Assembly: GCA_043797125.1 (NCBI GenBank)
Contig: JAZDPX010000023.1
Span: 3,098-67,097 of the forward strand
Length of the DNA stretch: 64,000 bases
Source: Candidatus Omnitrophota bacterium
GTDB taxonomy: Bacteria > Omnitrophota > Gorgyraeia > JABMRG01 > JAFGKX01
Direction: 5' to 3'
The notes beneath the pieces were generated by a model. It had not been told where the DNA came from, ran no database searches, and worked only from the letters and a program-made list of their open reading frames with translations. Made by a program: the position numbers and the translations under genes. Shown here piece after piece: positions 1 through 9,585 of the stretch. The stretch's first letter is position 1. Each line of letters starts with the position of its first letter.

Positions 1-1
1 A

Positions 2-625
2 AAAAATGTGGATTGTCTTGGAATAAAGGCAGATGTTATGATTGAGACAGATATAAAAAGGGTCGTAGAGGCTATCATAAAAAAATGGGGGACCATTCAT
101 ATTTTAGTTAATAATGTAGGCGGAGGGGGAAGATGGGGAAGCGAGATTGTCGAAGAGACGCCAGAGCAGGTTTGGACAGATGTTTTTAATAAGAACGCTT
201 TAGCAGCCATACGTTTTACCATGCTTGTAATTCCATATATGCGAAAACAAAAATGGGGGAGAGTGATTACTATTAGTTCGATAGTTGGTCGTGAGGGCGG
301 AGGAAGGCCATGGTATAACATGGCAAAGTGCGCAGAGATTAGTTTGATGAAGACTTTAGCGATGAATCATAGTCTATCCAGGGATGGTATAACATTTAAT
401 AGCATTGCTCCAGGGGTTATTAGCATTCCTGATGCAGGGCTGGAGGAAAACCGCAAGAAAGACCCAGAAGGTTTTCAGAAGTTAATCGATACGCAATTAC
501 CTTTAGGCCGGCCTGGTACGCCAGAGGAAGTAGCCTTTGTGGTAGCTTTTGTTTGTTCTGAGAAAGCAACCCTAGTTAACGGAGCATCAATTCCTGTGGA
601 TGGCGCTGAAGGGAGGAGTTTTTGA
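2..625 (+). CDS. short-chain dehydrogenase/reductase (classical SDR), 5'-truncated at window edge
   Basis: ORF 8..625 translation has the SDR mid-region motif HILVNNVG and no N-terminal Rossmann TGxxxGIG segment, so the true start lies upstream of position 1. The frame is continuous to base 2. Confidence 0.55.
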   Translation, partial: KNVDCLGIKADVMIETDIKRVVEAIIKKWGTIHILVNNVGGGGRWGSEIVEETPEQVWTDVFNKNALAAIRFTMLVIPYMRKQKWGRVITISSIVGREGGGRPWYNMAKCAEISLMKTLAMNHSLSRDGITFNSIAPGVISIPDAGLEENRKKDPEGFQKLIDTQLPLGRPGTPEEVAFVVAFVCSEKATLVNGASIPVDGAEGRSF

Positions 626-1593
626 TTGCTAATGAAAAAATGGATTTTCTTAAAGACAAGAAGATTTTGATAACCGGAGCCACAGGATTAGTAGGAACAA
701 ATGCCTTGATGAGGTTTAAAAGAAGGCCTGATATTAAGGTGAGGGCCGTATATCATGCCAGAGAACCGCATGTTTTCTCAAATAACATATCCTATGTGAA
801 AGCAGACCTAACTAATTTTGCAGACTGCAAGAGAGTTGTCGAAGGCATTGACTATGTAATGATGTTTGCAGCAAAAATTAACAGGAGAGGTTCGGACCCA
901 ACCTATCTAGTGCCAAATTTTCTTATGAATTTTTGCATGTTAGAAGCAGCTTATCAAGAAGGCGTTAAGAAACTTCTTTGGTTAAGCAGCGTTACTGCCT
1001 ATCCTCCTTCGGATAAGCCACTGAAGGAAGAGCAGATGTTTAAGTCCGATCCCTGCGACTTTTATTTTCCTTTGGGCTGGATGACTAGATATATTGAAAT
1101 TTTATGCAGGATGTACGCCACAAAGCTTAAAAGACAAATGACGACAATCATATTTCGCTCAACAGCTATTTACGGTGAATATGGAGACTTTGAACTTTCT
1201 ACTTGTCATGTTCTTTCCGCATTAATTAGAAAGGTGGTTGAAAGGCATAGGCCTTTAGAAATCTGGGGGACAGGCGAGGCAAAAAGGGATTTTATCTATG
1301 TTGGCGATGTTGTAGACGCCTGTTTTTTAGCATTAGAGAAAGTAAATACTTTTAATGAATTTAATATTGGTCTTGGTCAATCTTATAGCGTAAAGGAAAT
1401 TTTAGACCTAATTTTAGATATTGATAATTATAATAATGCATCAATAATATTTGATAAATCGAAGAGCGAAAAAGATATTTCTATTTTTGTTGACTGTACA
1501 AAAACAAAAGAGGTGCTTGGTTTTGAGGCAAAGACTGCTATAATAGAAGGCGTGCGTAAAACGATAGAATGGTACAAGGAATCCATCGGGTAG
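622..1593 (+). CDS. NAD-dependent epimerase/dehydratase (extended SDR, GDP-L-fucose synthase-like)
   Basis: N-terminal ILITGATGLVG Rossmann motif. The YGEYGDF...HVLSALIRK block is paralogous to the Fcl-like block of ORFs 3656, 7637 and 8620. TTG at 622 has a GGAGG 5 nt upstream; alternative ATG at 640. Confidence 0.7.
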   Translation: MIANEKMDFLKDKKILITGATGLVGTNALMRFKRRPDIKVRAVYHAREPHVFSNNISYVKADLTNFADCKRVVEGIDYVMMFAAKINRRGSDPTYLVPNFLMNFCMLEAAYQEGVKKLLWLSSVTAYPPSDKPLKEEQMFKSDPCDFYFPLGWMTRYIEILCRMYATKLKRQMTTIIFRSTAIYGEYGDFELSTCHVLSALIRKVVERHRPLEIWGTGEAKRDFIYVGDVVDACFLALEKVNTFNEFNIGLGQSYSVKEILDLILDIDNYNNASIIFDKSKSEKDISIFVDCTKTKEVLGFEAKTAIIEGVRKTIEWYKESIG

Positions 1594-1622
1594 AATTCTG
1601 GAAGAAAGAGGCGCGATAATAC

Positions 1623-2933
1623 ATGTTTTCAGTTGGCATTATTATTCCGAGTTGGCATTACTGGAATAGCCCTTGCCGCATACAGCCGTTGTATGAACTG
1701 TATTTTGCCACTATAATAGATTCTCGCCTTTCGGCAGAGAACGTGGATACGGGTATCATCGATTTACGCGGCATCCGATTAGATCAACAGATTTATCATA
1801 TACCCGAACGCGATTTATATCTTTATTGGATTGCTAAAACAGCAGATTACAGTGGGATTCAAACAATAGTCACGCAACTTAAATTAATCTATCCAAAAGC
1901 AAAACATGTTGCAGGGGGCACGCATATTGATGTGTTCCCAGAAGAAAGTTCTCAGGATTTTGATGCGGTAGTTGTGGGTCCTGGCGAAGAATCCTTTATT
2001 AATATTATAAATGATTGTCGCAAAGGTTTGTTAAATAAAATATATAAAACGGATTATAAAAATGTTCAATATAATGATTATCCATATATAAGGCGCCATT
2101 ACCTTCCCGAGTCGGCCATTGTGAACAATTTGCTCTTTGAGAGATACGGTGAAAACATTAGAAGCACCTGCGTGCTTTTTTCACGCGGTTGCTGCTTTAG
2201 GTGCAAATTTTGTGCTTATAATATTCCTTCATTTATTCAGATGCGAAGCCCAAAATCAATTAAAGAAGAAATAAAATATCTTAAGGAAGAATATAATGTC
2301 CAGGCAATCAATTTAAAAGATGAGATATGTATTCCCGTTTCCCGTGAAGTTGCCATTCCTTTTCTAGAGTCAATTAGGGACTCGCAAATTATGTGGAGAG
2401 GCCAGACTGCCATTGTAGGAATAACTGAAGAAAAAATAGCCTTAGCGAGGAAATCCGGATGCGTAGAACTTGCTGTGGGAGTAGAGAGTGTATCGCAACA
2501 GGTTTTGGATATTATAGATAAGAAAATTAGCATTCAAGATGTAAAAAACTTTATCAAGCTTTGCAAAAAATACAGCATCAAAGTAAAAATGTGCCTTATT
2601 TTTGGCCTGCCCGGCGAACCGCGGGACATTGTAGAAATGACGCGCTCATTTATTGAAGAGAACAAACCCGATTATGTAAGCCTATCAGGATTGTCTCCGA
2701 TGCCGGGTTCGGAAATATACAACAACTATCGCTATTATGGCATTAAATGTATAGAAACCGATTGGGATAAATATGCGCACTTGCTTTATAGGTTTTCTGA
2801 TTATGAAGAAGTTGGACTTCCTTATGAATACGAAGAAAGCAACAGGTGGGGCAAGACATTTTTTAGGGAAGAGATAATTGAAAATATTCGCCAGCTACAA
2901 CGATACTGCAGAGAACGCAATATGGCATATTAG
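1623..2933 (+). CDS. B12-binding domain radical SAM enzyme (class B-like)
   Basis: CxxxCxxC cluster in SRGCCFRCKFCAYN, preceded by an N-terminal Rossmann-like B12-binding region. 436 aa. Confidence 0.7.
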   Translation: MFSVGIIIPSWHYWNSPCRIQPLYELYFATIIDSRLSAENVDTGIIDLRGIRLDQQIYHIPERDLYLYWIAKTADYSGIQTIVTQLKLIYPKAKHVAGGTHIDVFPEESSQDFDAVVVGPGEESFINIINDCRKGLLNKIYKTDYKNVQYNDYPYIRRHYLPESAIVNNLLFERYGENIRSTCVLFSRGCCFRCKFCAYNIPSFIQMRSPKSIKEEIKYLKEEYNVQAINLKDEICIPVSREVAIPFLESIRDSQIMWRGQTAIVGITEEKIALARKSGCVELAVGVESVSQQVLDIIDKKISIQDVKNFIKLCKKYSIKVKMCLIFGLPGEPRDIVEMTRSFIEENKPDYVSLSGLSPMPGSEIYNNYRYYGIKCIETDWDKYAHLLYRFSDYEEVGLPYEYEESNRWGKTFFREEIIENIRQLQRYCRERNMAY

Positions 2934-2969
2934 TTATTAAAAGAGAAAGTGTTTTTTGTTAATTACATT

Positions 2970-3638
2970 ATGAAAACTTCATTGGTTATTTATACATTAA
3001 ATGAAATAGATGGAATGAGAGTCATTATGCCGGAGATTAAAAAGGACTGGTATGATGAATTGATCATCTTTGACGCCGATTCAAGTGACGGCACAATTGA
3101 ATACGCAAAAGAACATGGTTACCCTATATTTATCCAGAAGGAGAAAGGCGCAGGTGCAGCCTTTTTGGAGTCATTACAGCAGGTAACCGGCGACATAATT
3201 ATTGCTTTTAGCCCTGACGGAAATTCAATTCCTGAAAAAATACCGGAGCTGGTTACGAAGATTAAAGAAGGTTACGATATAGTTATTGCCTCTAGGTATT
3301 TCAAAGATGCAAAAAGTTATGATGACAATGCTGTTACCGCCTTTGGGAACCATATGTTTACTTGGCTAATAAATTTTTTATTCGGTTCAAATATAACAGA
3401 TTCTTTGGTGATGTTTCGCGCTTATAGGAAAGACGCGCTGAATAAACTGCATATAGATGCGAAGAATACATCATGTGGCACTCAGATTTTACTCAGGGCG
3501 ATAAAGAAGAAATTGAAAATAGCGGAAATTCCAGGAGATGAACCGCCAAGGATAGGCGGGAAAAGCAAGATGAGTCCTATAAGAAACGGGTTGCGTGAGT
3601 TATGGGCCATCTTAAAAGAATTTTTTATTCGGGGTTAA
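2970..3638 (+). CDS. family 2 glycosyltransferase (polyprenyl-phosphate sugar synthase / DPM1-like)
   Basis: DADSSDGT DxD-type motif and the GT2-A fold order. Track start 2949 is GTG; ATG at 2970 follows the purine-rich aagagaaag. Confidence 0.65.
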   Translation: MKTSLVIYTLNEIDGMRVIMPEIKKDWYDELIIFDADSSDGTIEYAKEHGYPIFIQKEKGAGAAFLESLQQVTGDIIIAFSPDGNSIPEKIPELVTKIKEGYDIVIASRYFKDAKSYDDNAVTAFGNHMFTWLINFLFGSNITDSLVMFRAYRKDALNKLHIDAKNTSCGTQILLRAIKKKLKIAEIPGDEPPRIGGKSKMSPIRNGLRELWAILKEFFIRG

Positions 3639-3655
3639 TGCGCGGGGATTATACG

Positions 3656-4597
3656 ATGGAAAAAAAGGCAAAAATTTATATTGCGGGTCACGAAGGCTTA
3701 ATCGGGTCCGCAATCGTTAATAAATTAAACAAGGAAGGCTGCCGTAACCTGATTACAAGACCCCACAAGAAACTTGATTTGGTTTGCCAACAGGATGTAG
3801 AGAAATTTTTCCGAAAAGAACAACCCGAATATGTTATTATGGCAGCGGGAAAAGTCGGCGGAATCAATGCAAACATTAATTATCCTGCGCAGTTTATCTA
3901 TGAAAACCTTGCTATTCAGAACAATATCATTCATTTCTCTTATAAATACAAAGCGAAAAAACTCCTGTTTCTCGCAGGCGCCTGTTGCTATCCGCGTGAG
4001 TGCCCACAGCCCATAAAGGAAGAGTTTTTGCTCTCAGGAAAACTTGAGCCTACCAGCGAACCTTACGCAATTGCTAAAGTTGCTGGAATAACAACGTGTC
4101 AGGCATATAATACGCAGTATGGAGCAAACTTTATATCGGCCGTATCAACCAACGCCTACGGGCCCAATGATAATTTTGACCCCGAAGATTCCCATGTGAT
4201 TGCTGGCCTGATACGCAGATTCTATGAGGCCAAAATAAGCCGGCAGGATACCATAACAGTTTGGGGGACAGGGGAGCCGCTAAGAGATTTTATATATGTT
4301 GAGGACCTTGCAGATGCCTGCTTTTTTTTGTTGCGTAATTATAACGAACCGGAAATTATTAACATAGGCAGCGGCAAGGGCACATCGATAAAGGAACTTA
4401 GCTTTACCGTAAAAGAGGCGGTCGGATATAAGGGAAGGGTTGTCTTTGATGCATCAAAGCCCGACGGTGTGCCTCAAAAGGTACTTGATGTTTCCAAATC
4501 GAAGAATCTTGGCTGGCAGGCTAATATATCATTGAAGGAAGGCATTGCCAGAACATATGATTGGTTTCTTAAACATCCGGAGGCTGTTTCAAAATGA
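3656..4597 (+). CDS. GDP-L-fucose synthase-like NDP-sugar 3,5-epimerase/4-reductase
   Basis: KIYIAGHEGLIGSAIV N-terminus and NAYGPNDNFDPEDSHVIAGLIRRFYEA block match the Fcl/WcaG family. ATG at 3656 is in frame with track ORF 3602..4597. Confidence 0.75.
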   Translation: MEKKAKIYIAGHEGLIGSAIVNKLNKEGCRNLITRPHKKLDLVCQQDVEKFFRKEQPEYVIMAAGKVGGINANINYPAQFIYENLAIQNNIIHFSYKYKAKKLLFLAGACCYPRECPQPIKEEFLLSGKLEPTSEPYAIAKVAGITTCQAYNTQYGANFISAVSTNAYGPNDNFDPEDSHVIAGLIRRFYEAKISRQDTITVWGTGEPLRDFIYVEDLADACFFLLRNYNEPEIINIGSGKGTSIKELSFTVKEAVGYKGRVVFDASKPDGVPQKVLDVSKSKNLGWQANISLKEGIARTYDWFLKHPEAVSK

Positions 4598-5553
4598 TGG
4601 AAAACTTTGATTCTAATCTGTCAGAAAGACTTTACCGCTCCTTATATCGGATACGCAGGACAGAAGAAGAGATAGCCCGTATCTATCCGATGGATAAAAT
4701 TAAAAGCCCTGTCCATTTATCAATTGGCCAGGAGGCTGTGTCTGTAGGTGTTTGCGAAACATTAAGGCCTGATGATGTGGTTTTCGGAACTTATAGAGGC
4801 CATGCGCTGTATCTTGCCAAAGGCGGGGATTTGAAGAAAATGCTCGCAGAGCTTTACGGAAAATTTACCGGCTGCGCAAAAGGCAAAGGCGGCTCCATGC
4901 ATCTTATTGATACTGACGCCGGAGTTGCCGGGACTTCGGCGATAGTAGCAACAACAATTCCCGTTGCCGTCGGCTACGCCTACGGATTAAAATATAAAAA
5001 TTCAGATTCCGTGACAGTAATCTTCTTTGGCGACGGCGCAGTAGATGAAGGCGCCTTTCATGAAAGTATGAATTTCGCCGCCCTTAAAAAGTTACCGGTC
5101 CTATTTGTTTGCGAAAATAACCTTTACGCGATACATTCTCATCACCTAAGCCGGCATCAGTCTGATAATATACCTGAGCGTGTAAGGATTTACGGAATGC
5201 CGGCTGAAAGGATAGAAAGCGGTGATATATTCAAAATATACGAAGCAGCAAAAAAATATGTCAAAAAGATAAGAAGCGGAGACGGTCCCGCATTTCTTGA
5301 GTGCGTGACCTGTAGGTGGAAGGAGCACGTCGGCCCTGGCGATGATTTTCATTTAGGATACAGGAGCGAAGAGGAAGTGCTCTTATGGAAGAGTAAAGAT
5401 GAGTTAGAAAGGCTAAGGAAACTTCTGGATGCAGAAGTTTTAAAAACAATAGAGCGCTCCGTTAAAGATGAAATAAGAGAGGCCTTTGAGTTTGCAGAGG
5501 AAAGCCCATTCCCTGAACAGGGAGCCCTCTACGAAGATTATTTTAAGGAATGA
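4594..5553 (+). CDS. thiamine-diphosphate dependent 2-oxoacid dehydrogenase E1 alpha-subunit homolog
   Basis: HLSIGQEAV...YRGH..., GDGAxxEG and CENNLYAI motifs of the PDH/acetoin-dehydrogenase E1-alpha family. ATGA overlap with the upstream gene. Confidence 0.75.
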   Translation: MMENFDSNLSERLYRSLYRIRRTEEEIARIYPMDKIKSPVHLSIGQEAVSVGVCETLRPDDVVFGTYRGHALYLAKGGDLKKMLAELYGKFTGCAKGKGGSMHLIDTDAGVAGTSAIVATTIPVAVGYAYGLKYKNSDSVTVIFFGDGAVDEGAFHESMNFAALKKLPVLFVCENNLYAIHSHHLSRHQSDNIPERVRIYGMPAERIESGDIFKIYEAAKKYVKKIRSGDGPAFLECVTCRWKEHVGPGDDFHLGYRSEEEVLLWKSKDELERLRKLLDAEVLKTIERSVKDEIREAFEFAEESPFPEQGALYEDYFKE

Positions 5554-5556
5554 AAT

Positions 5557-6600
5557 ATGGAACGAACCTTAAGTTATCCTGAGGCAATCTGCGAAGCAAT
5601 AGAGCAGGAAATGGCGCAGGATGCGTCGGTAATTGTGCTAGGCTTAGGCGTGGATGACCCCAAGGCAATCCTCGGGACAACTAAAGGGCTTGTGGGAAAA
5701 TTCGGCGCTAAGAGGGTTTTTGATACTCCTTTATCAGAAGATGGCATGACAGGAGTTGCTATCGGAGCTTCTTTGGCAGGTTTGCGGCCGATTCATGTCC
5801 ACTCCAGAATGGATTTTTTACTTCTTGCTATGAATCAAATTGTTAATATGGCTGCCAAGATGCATTATATGTTTGGCGGAAAGGTTTCTGTCCCTGTCGT
5901 TATCCGTTCGATAATTGGCAAAAGCTGGGGCCAGGGGCCACAGCACTCCCAGAGCCTATATCCTTTATTTATGAATATCCCCGGGCTTAAAATAGTGGCT
6001 CCTTCTACTCCATATGATGCAAAGGGATGCCTGATAGCCTCCATAAGAGATAACAATCCGGTTATCTTTATCGAGCATAGGCTTCTATACTATCAGAAAG
6101 GTTTCGTGCCACAGGAAGCCTATGCTGTGCCCTTTGGCAAGGCACGGATTTTTACCAAAGGTAATGATATTACCCTCGTGGGTGTTTCCTATATGGCGCT
6201 TGAGTGCTTGAGAGCTCATCGCTATTTGCGGGAGGTCGGCATAAAGGCCGAAGTTATAAATCCCGTATCTCTTGCCCCCCTAGATATAGACACAATTCAA
6301 AAATCGGTTTTAAAAACAAAAAGACTTATTGTTGTGGATAATGCGTGGATGAAATGCGGCGCAGGCGCAGAAATCATTACTCAGCTTTTTGAGAAAGACA
6401 TAGACAAGAATGTGGCTGTCCATAGAATGGGTTTTGCATTTGTTAGTTGCCCTACCACGCCGGCGCTTGAGGAACATTTTTATCCCAATGCGAAAAAGAT
6501 TGCCGCTAAGGCATACCAGATGCTTTATCCTGATAAAAAACCATGGCAGCCAACCTGCAAATTAGAGATAGAGGAGATAGAATTTAAAGGCCCATTTTAA
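5557..6600 (+). CDS. 2-oxoacid dehydrogenase E1 beta-subunit homolog (transketolase-like pyrimidine-binding and C-terminal domains)
   Basis: Typical E1-beta features: MDFLLLAMNQIVNMAAKMHYMFGG and a C-terminal transketolase-C-like region. Confidence 0.75.
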   Translation: MERTLSYPEAICEAIEQEMAQDASVIVLGLGVDDPKAILGTTKGLVGKFGAKRVFDTPLSEDGMTGVAIGASLAGLRPIHVHSRMDFLLLAMNQIVNMAAKMHYMFGGKVSVPVVIRSIIGKSWGQGPQHSQSLYPLFMNIPGLKIVAPSTPYDAKGCLIASIRDNNPVIFIEHRLLYYQKGFVPQEAYAVPFGKARIFTKGNDITLVGVSYMALECLRAHRYLREVGIKAEVINPVSLAPLDIDTIQKSVLKTKRLIVVDNAWMKCGAGAEIITQLFEKDIDKNVAVHRMGFAFVSCPTTPALEEHFYPNAKKIAAKAYQMLYPDKKPWQPTCKLEIEEIEFKGPF

Positions 6601-6625
6601 CAGCCAAACAGGAGGAAGCGGTATT

Positions 6626-7609
6626 ATGAAAATCTTGATTACAGGAGTAACGGGTTTTGTGGGGAGCCATCTGGCAGAATATATACTTAATCTTAATGAA
6701 AGGCATAAGGTGTATGGTTTATGCAGATGGCGAAGCCCTAAAGACAATCTGAAAGAAGTTCATGATAAGATTGTTCTGGCCGATGCGGATCTTTGCGATT
6801 TGGGTGTTTTGATATGCCGCCTTAAGTCCATAAAACCCGATATCATTTTTCATCTAGCTGCCCAAAGCGATGTATCAACCAGCTTTAGCTCCCCAATCCA
6901 GACACTATGGACAAATGTTATCGGGACGGCAAATCTTCTTGAGGCAGTAAGGATAGTGGAAATCGACCCCATTATCAATATCTGCAGTTCGTCGGAGGTT
7001 TACGGCCAGGTGAGTGAAACTGATGTGCCTATTAAGGAGACATGCCCTTTCAAGCCTGCCTCTGCTTATGCTGTGAGTAAAGTCGGTGAAGACATGATCG
7101 GTTTGCAATATTGGATTTCGTACAAGATTCGCACCATCCGCACGAGGATGTTTTCCCATACAGGTCCGAGAAGAGGCAGCGTATTTGCAATCTCTTCTTT
7201 TGCAAAGCAGATTGCAGCAGCAGAATTGGGCTTAGGAAAACAGGTTATTTATGCGGGTAATCTGGATTCTATTCGGACATTTTGCGATGTCAGAGATGCG
7301 GTAAGGGCATACTGGCTTCTGGTCAATAAATGCAGGCCCGGAGAGGTTTATAATATCGGCGGGAACAAGTCAGTGACAATAAAGGAGGCGTTGGATATAC
7401 TGCTATCTTTTTCTGATAAGAAATTCGAGGTTAAGGTTGACCCTCAACTTCTAAGGCCCTCAGATGTAACATTGCAGATACCCTGCGTGGATAAATTTAA
7501 GAACGAAACAGGATGGGAGCCGGAAATTCCCTTGGAGAAAACATTCAAGGACCTGTTAAATTACTGGAGAGAGGAAATTTCACACTGTCCATGGAAAGCC
7601 TCGTTTTGA
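6626..7609 (+). CDS. NDP-sugar 4,6-dehydratase/reductase (Gmd/Rmd-like extended SDR)
   Basis: ILITGVTGFVGSHLAEYIL Rossmann motif, SSSEVYG and YAVSK (YxxxK) catalytic motifs. AGGAGGA SD upstream. Confidence 0.6.
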   Translation: MKILITGVTGFVGSHLAEYILNLNERHKVYGLCRWRSPKDNLKEVHDKIVLADADLCDLGVLICRLKSIKPDIIFHLAAQSDVSTSFSSPIQTLWTNVIGTANLLEAVRIVEIDPIINICSSSEVYGQVSETDVPIKETCPFKPASAYAVSKVGEDMIGLQYWISYKIRTIRTRMFSHTGPRRGSVFAISSFAKQIAAAELGLGKQVIYAGNLDSIRTFCDVRDAVRAYWLLVNKCRPGEVYNIGGNKSVTIKEALDILLSFSDKKFEVKVDPQLLRPSDVTLQIPCVDKFKNETGWEPEIPLEKTFKDLLNYWREEISHCPWKASF

Positions 7610-7636
7610 ATAGATAATAGAGGAATTAATAAGAAG

Positions 7637-8623
7637 ATGTATAAAAATAAAAAGATATTGGTAACAGGCGGAACAGGCCTTATTGGTATCCCGCTCGCGG
7701 AGATGCTGATTAAGCAGGGAGCCAGGGTAAGGATTGCCTCTCTGGATAATCCTTCAAGAGCCCACCCTGAGGCAGAATTTATGCAAATCGATCTTACGAG
7801 TTTTGAGAATTGCAAAAGGGCCTGCAAAGGAATGGATTTTGTTTTTCATCTTGCCGGAATTAAAGGCTCTCCGGCAATGGCGTCAAAGAGACCCGCTAGT
7901 TTTTTTGTTCCGCTTTTACAGATGAATACCAGTATGATGGAGGCTGCCAGGCAATGTGGCGTAAAAAGATATCTTTACACCAGCACAATCGGCGTCTATT
8001 CTCCCGCCGAAGTTTTTTATGAAGATGACGTATGGAAGACATTCCCGTCGGAAAATGACAGATTCGCCGGATGGGCTAAGCGGATGGGTGAGCTTCAGGC
8101 AGAGGCATATAAAATTGAATATGGCTGGAGCGATATTGCCATTGTCAGACCGGCGAATGTCTATGGGCCCCATGACAACTTCAACCCGGACAATGCCATG
8201 GTCATTCCTTCTTTAATAAAACGCGCCATGGATGGCGAAAATCCCCTTAACGTATGGGGAGACGGCTCTGCTGTAAGAGATTTTATTCACGCAAAAGATG
8301 CTGCCAGAGGGATGTTGATTGCTCTTGAGAAGGGCATAGGCTGCGCCATAAACCTTGGCAGCGGCAAAGGTTTCTCCATCAGGGAAATTGTTGATATTAT
8401 TGTTAATAATATGAGGGCTAAGCCGGATGTGGTCTGGGACGCTTCAAAACCATCGGGCGATAAGAAAAGGGTAATGGATATATCAAAAGCCAGATCTATC
8501 GGGTTTCATCCCGAGATATCCATTAGCGATGGAATCAAAGAGACGATGGACTGGTATCAGAAAAACAAGTATAATGCGCATAAGAGATACAATATATTTA
8601 CGAAGGGACAAAGAAAGGGATGA
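7637..8623 (+). CDS. NAD-dependent epimerase/reductase (Fcl-like paralog)
   Basis: ILVTGGTGLIG plus PANVYGPHDNFNPDNAMVIPSLIKR, paralogous to 3656..4597. Confidence 0.65.
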   Translation: MYKNKKILVTGGTGLIGIPLAEMLIKQGARVRIASLDNPSRAHPEAEFMQIDLTSFENCKRACKGMDFVFHLAGIKGSPAMASKRPASFFVPLLQMNTSMMEAARQCGVKRYLYTSTIGVYSPAEVFYEDDVWKTFPSENDRFAGWAKRMGELQAEAYKIEYGWSDIAIVRPANVYGPHDNFNPDNAMVIPSLIKRAMDGENPLNVWGDGSAVRDFIHAKDAARGMLIALEKGIGCAINLGSGKGFSIREIVDIIVNNMRAKPDVVWDASKPSGDKKRVMDISKARSIGFHPEISISDGIKETMDWYQKNKYNAHKRYNIFTKGQRKG

Positions 8624-9576
8624 AAAAAAAGATTCTAATATGCGGTGCCACAGGTTTTATTGGCAGAAATATTGCCGAGTTTTTTGCAAGAAAAGATAAT
8701 TTCCAAATTTACGGAACCTATCTTAAGTCAGAACCTTTAGATAATCCCAAAATCAAAATGATAAAAGCCGACCTTACCAATAATAATGATGTCAATAAGG
8801 CAATACGCGGAATGGATATTATTATTCAAGCGGCTGCGACTACTTCAGGCGCCAAGGATATCATTAACAGGCCATATTATCATGTTAGCGATAATGCTGT
8901 TATGAATTCGCTCATCTTCAGGTCTGCATACGAACATAAGGCATCGCATATAGTGTTTTTTAGCTGCACAGTTATGTATCAGTCAGGTGATAAGCCTGTT
9001 AAAGAAAGCGATTTTAACGCAAATAAGGAGATTTTCCCAAGTTACTTCGGTGTTGGATGGACAAAGGTTTATATCGAGAAAATGTGCGAGTTTTACTCGC
9101 GAATAGGGAATACCAAATTTACAGTAATCAGGCACTCCAACATATACGGACCGTATGATAGGTTTGACTTGGAGAGGTCTCATGTATTTGCAGCTACCAT
9201 TACCAAGGTTATGACTGCTGAAGAGGGAGAAAAGATTATTGTTTGGGGAAAAGGCGAAGAAAAAAGGGATTTGCTATACATTTCGGACCTCCTTCATTTC
9301 GTTGAGCTCGCCGTTGATAAACAGGAACCTAAATTCCAACTCTATAATGTAGGTTATGGCAGCTCTGTTTCGGTAAGCGAACTGGTCAAAAAGATTATTT
9401 CCTGCTCGGGCAAGAATATTAAGATACAATATGACCTTTCCAAACCAACCATTAAAACAAGCCTTTGCCTTGATATAACCAAAGCCAAGAAAACTCTGGG
9501 ATGGCTCCCTGAGGTTTCTTTGGATGAGGGGATACAGAAAACAATGCGGTGGTATAAATCTTATATCTCAGATTAG
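8620..9576 (+). CDS. NAD-dependent epimerase/dehydratase (Fcl-like paralog)
   Basis: ILICGATGFIGRNIA plus NIYGPYDRFDLERSHVFAATITK. ATGA overlap with the upstream gene. Confidence 0.65.
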   Translation: MKKKILICGATGFIGRNIAEFFARKDNFQIYGTYLKSEPLDNPKIKMIKADLTNNNDVNKAIRGMDIIIQAAATTSGAKDIINRPYYHVSDNAVMNSLIFRSAYEHKASHIVFFSCTVMYQSGDKPVKESDFNANKEIFPSYFGVGWTKVYIEKMCEFYSRIGNTKFTVIRHSNIYGPYDRFDLERSHVFAATITKVMTAEEGEKIIVWGKGEEKRDLLYISDLLHFVELAVDKQEPKFQLYNVGYGSSVSVSELVKKIISCSGKNIKIQYDLSKPTIKTSLCLDITKAKKTLGWLPEVSLDEGIQKTMRWYKSYISD

Positions 9577-9585
9577 GAGAAAGCT

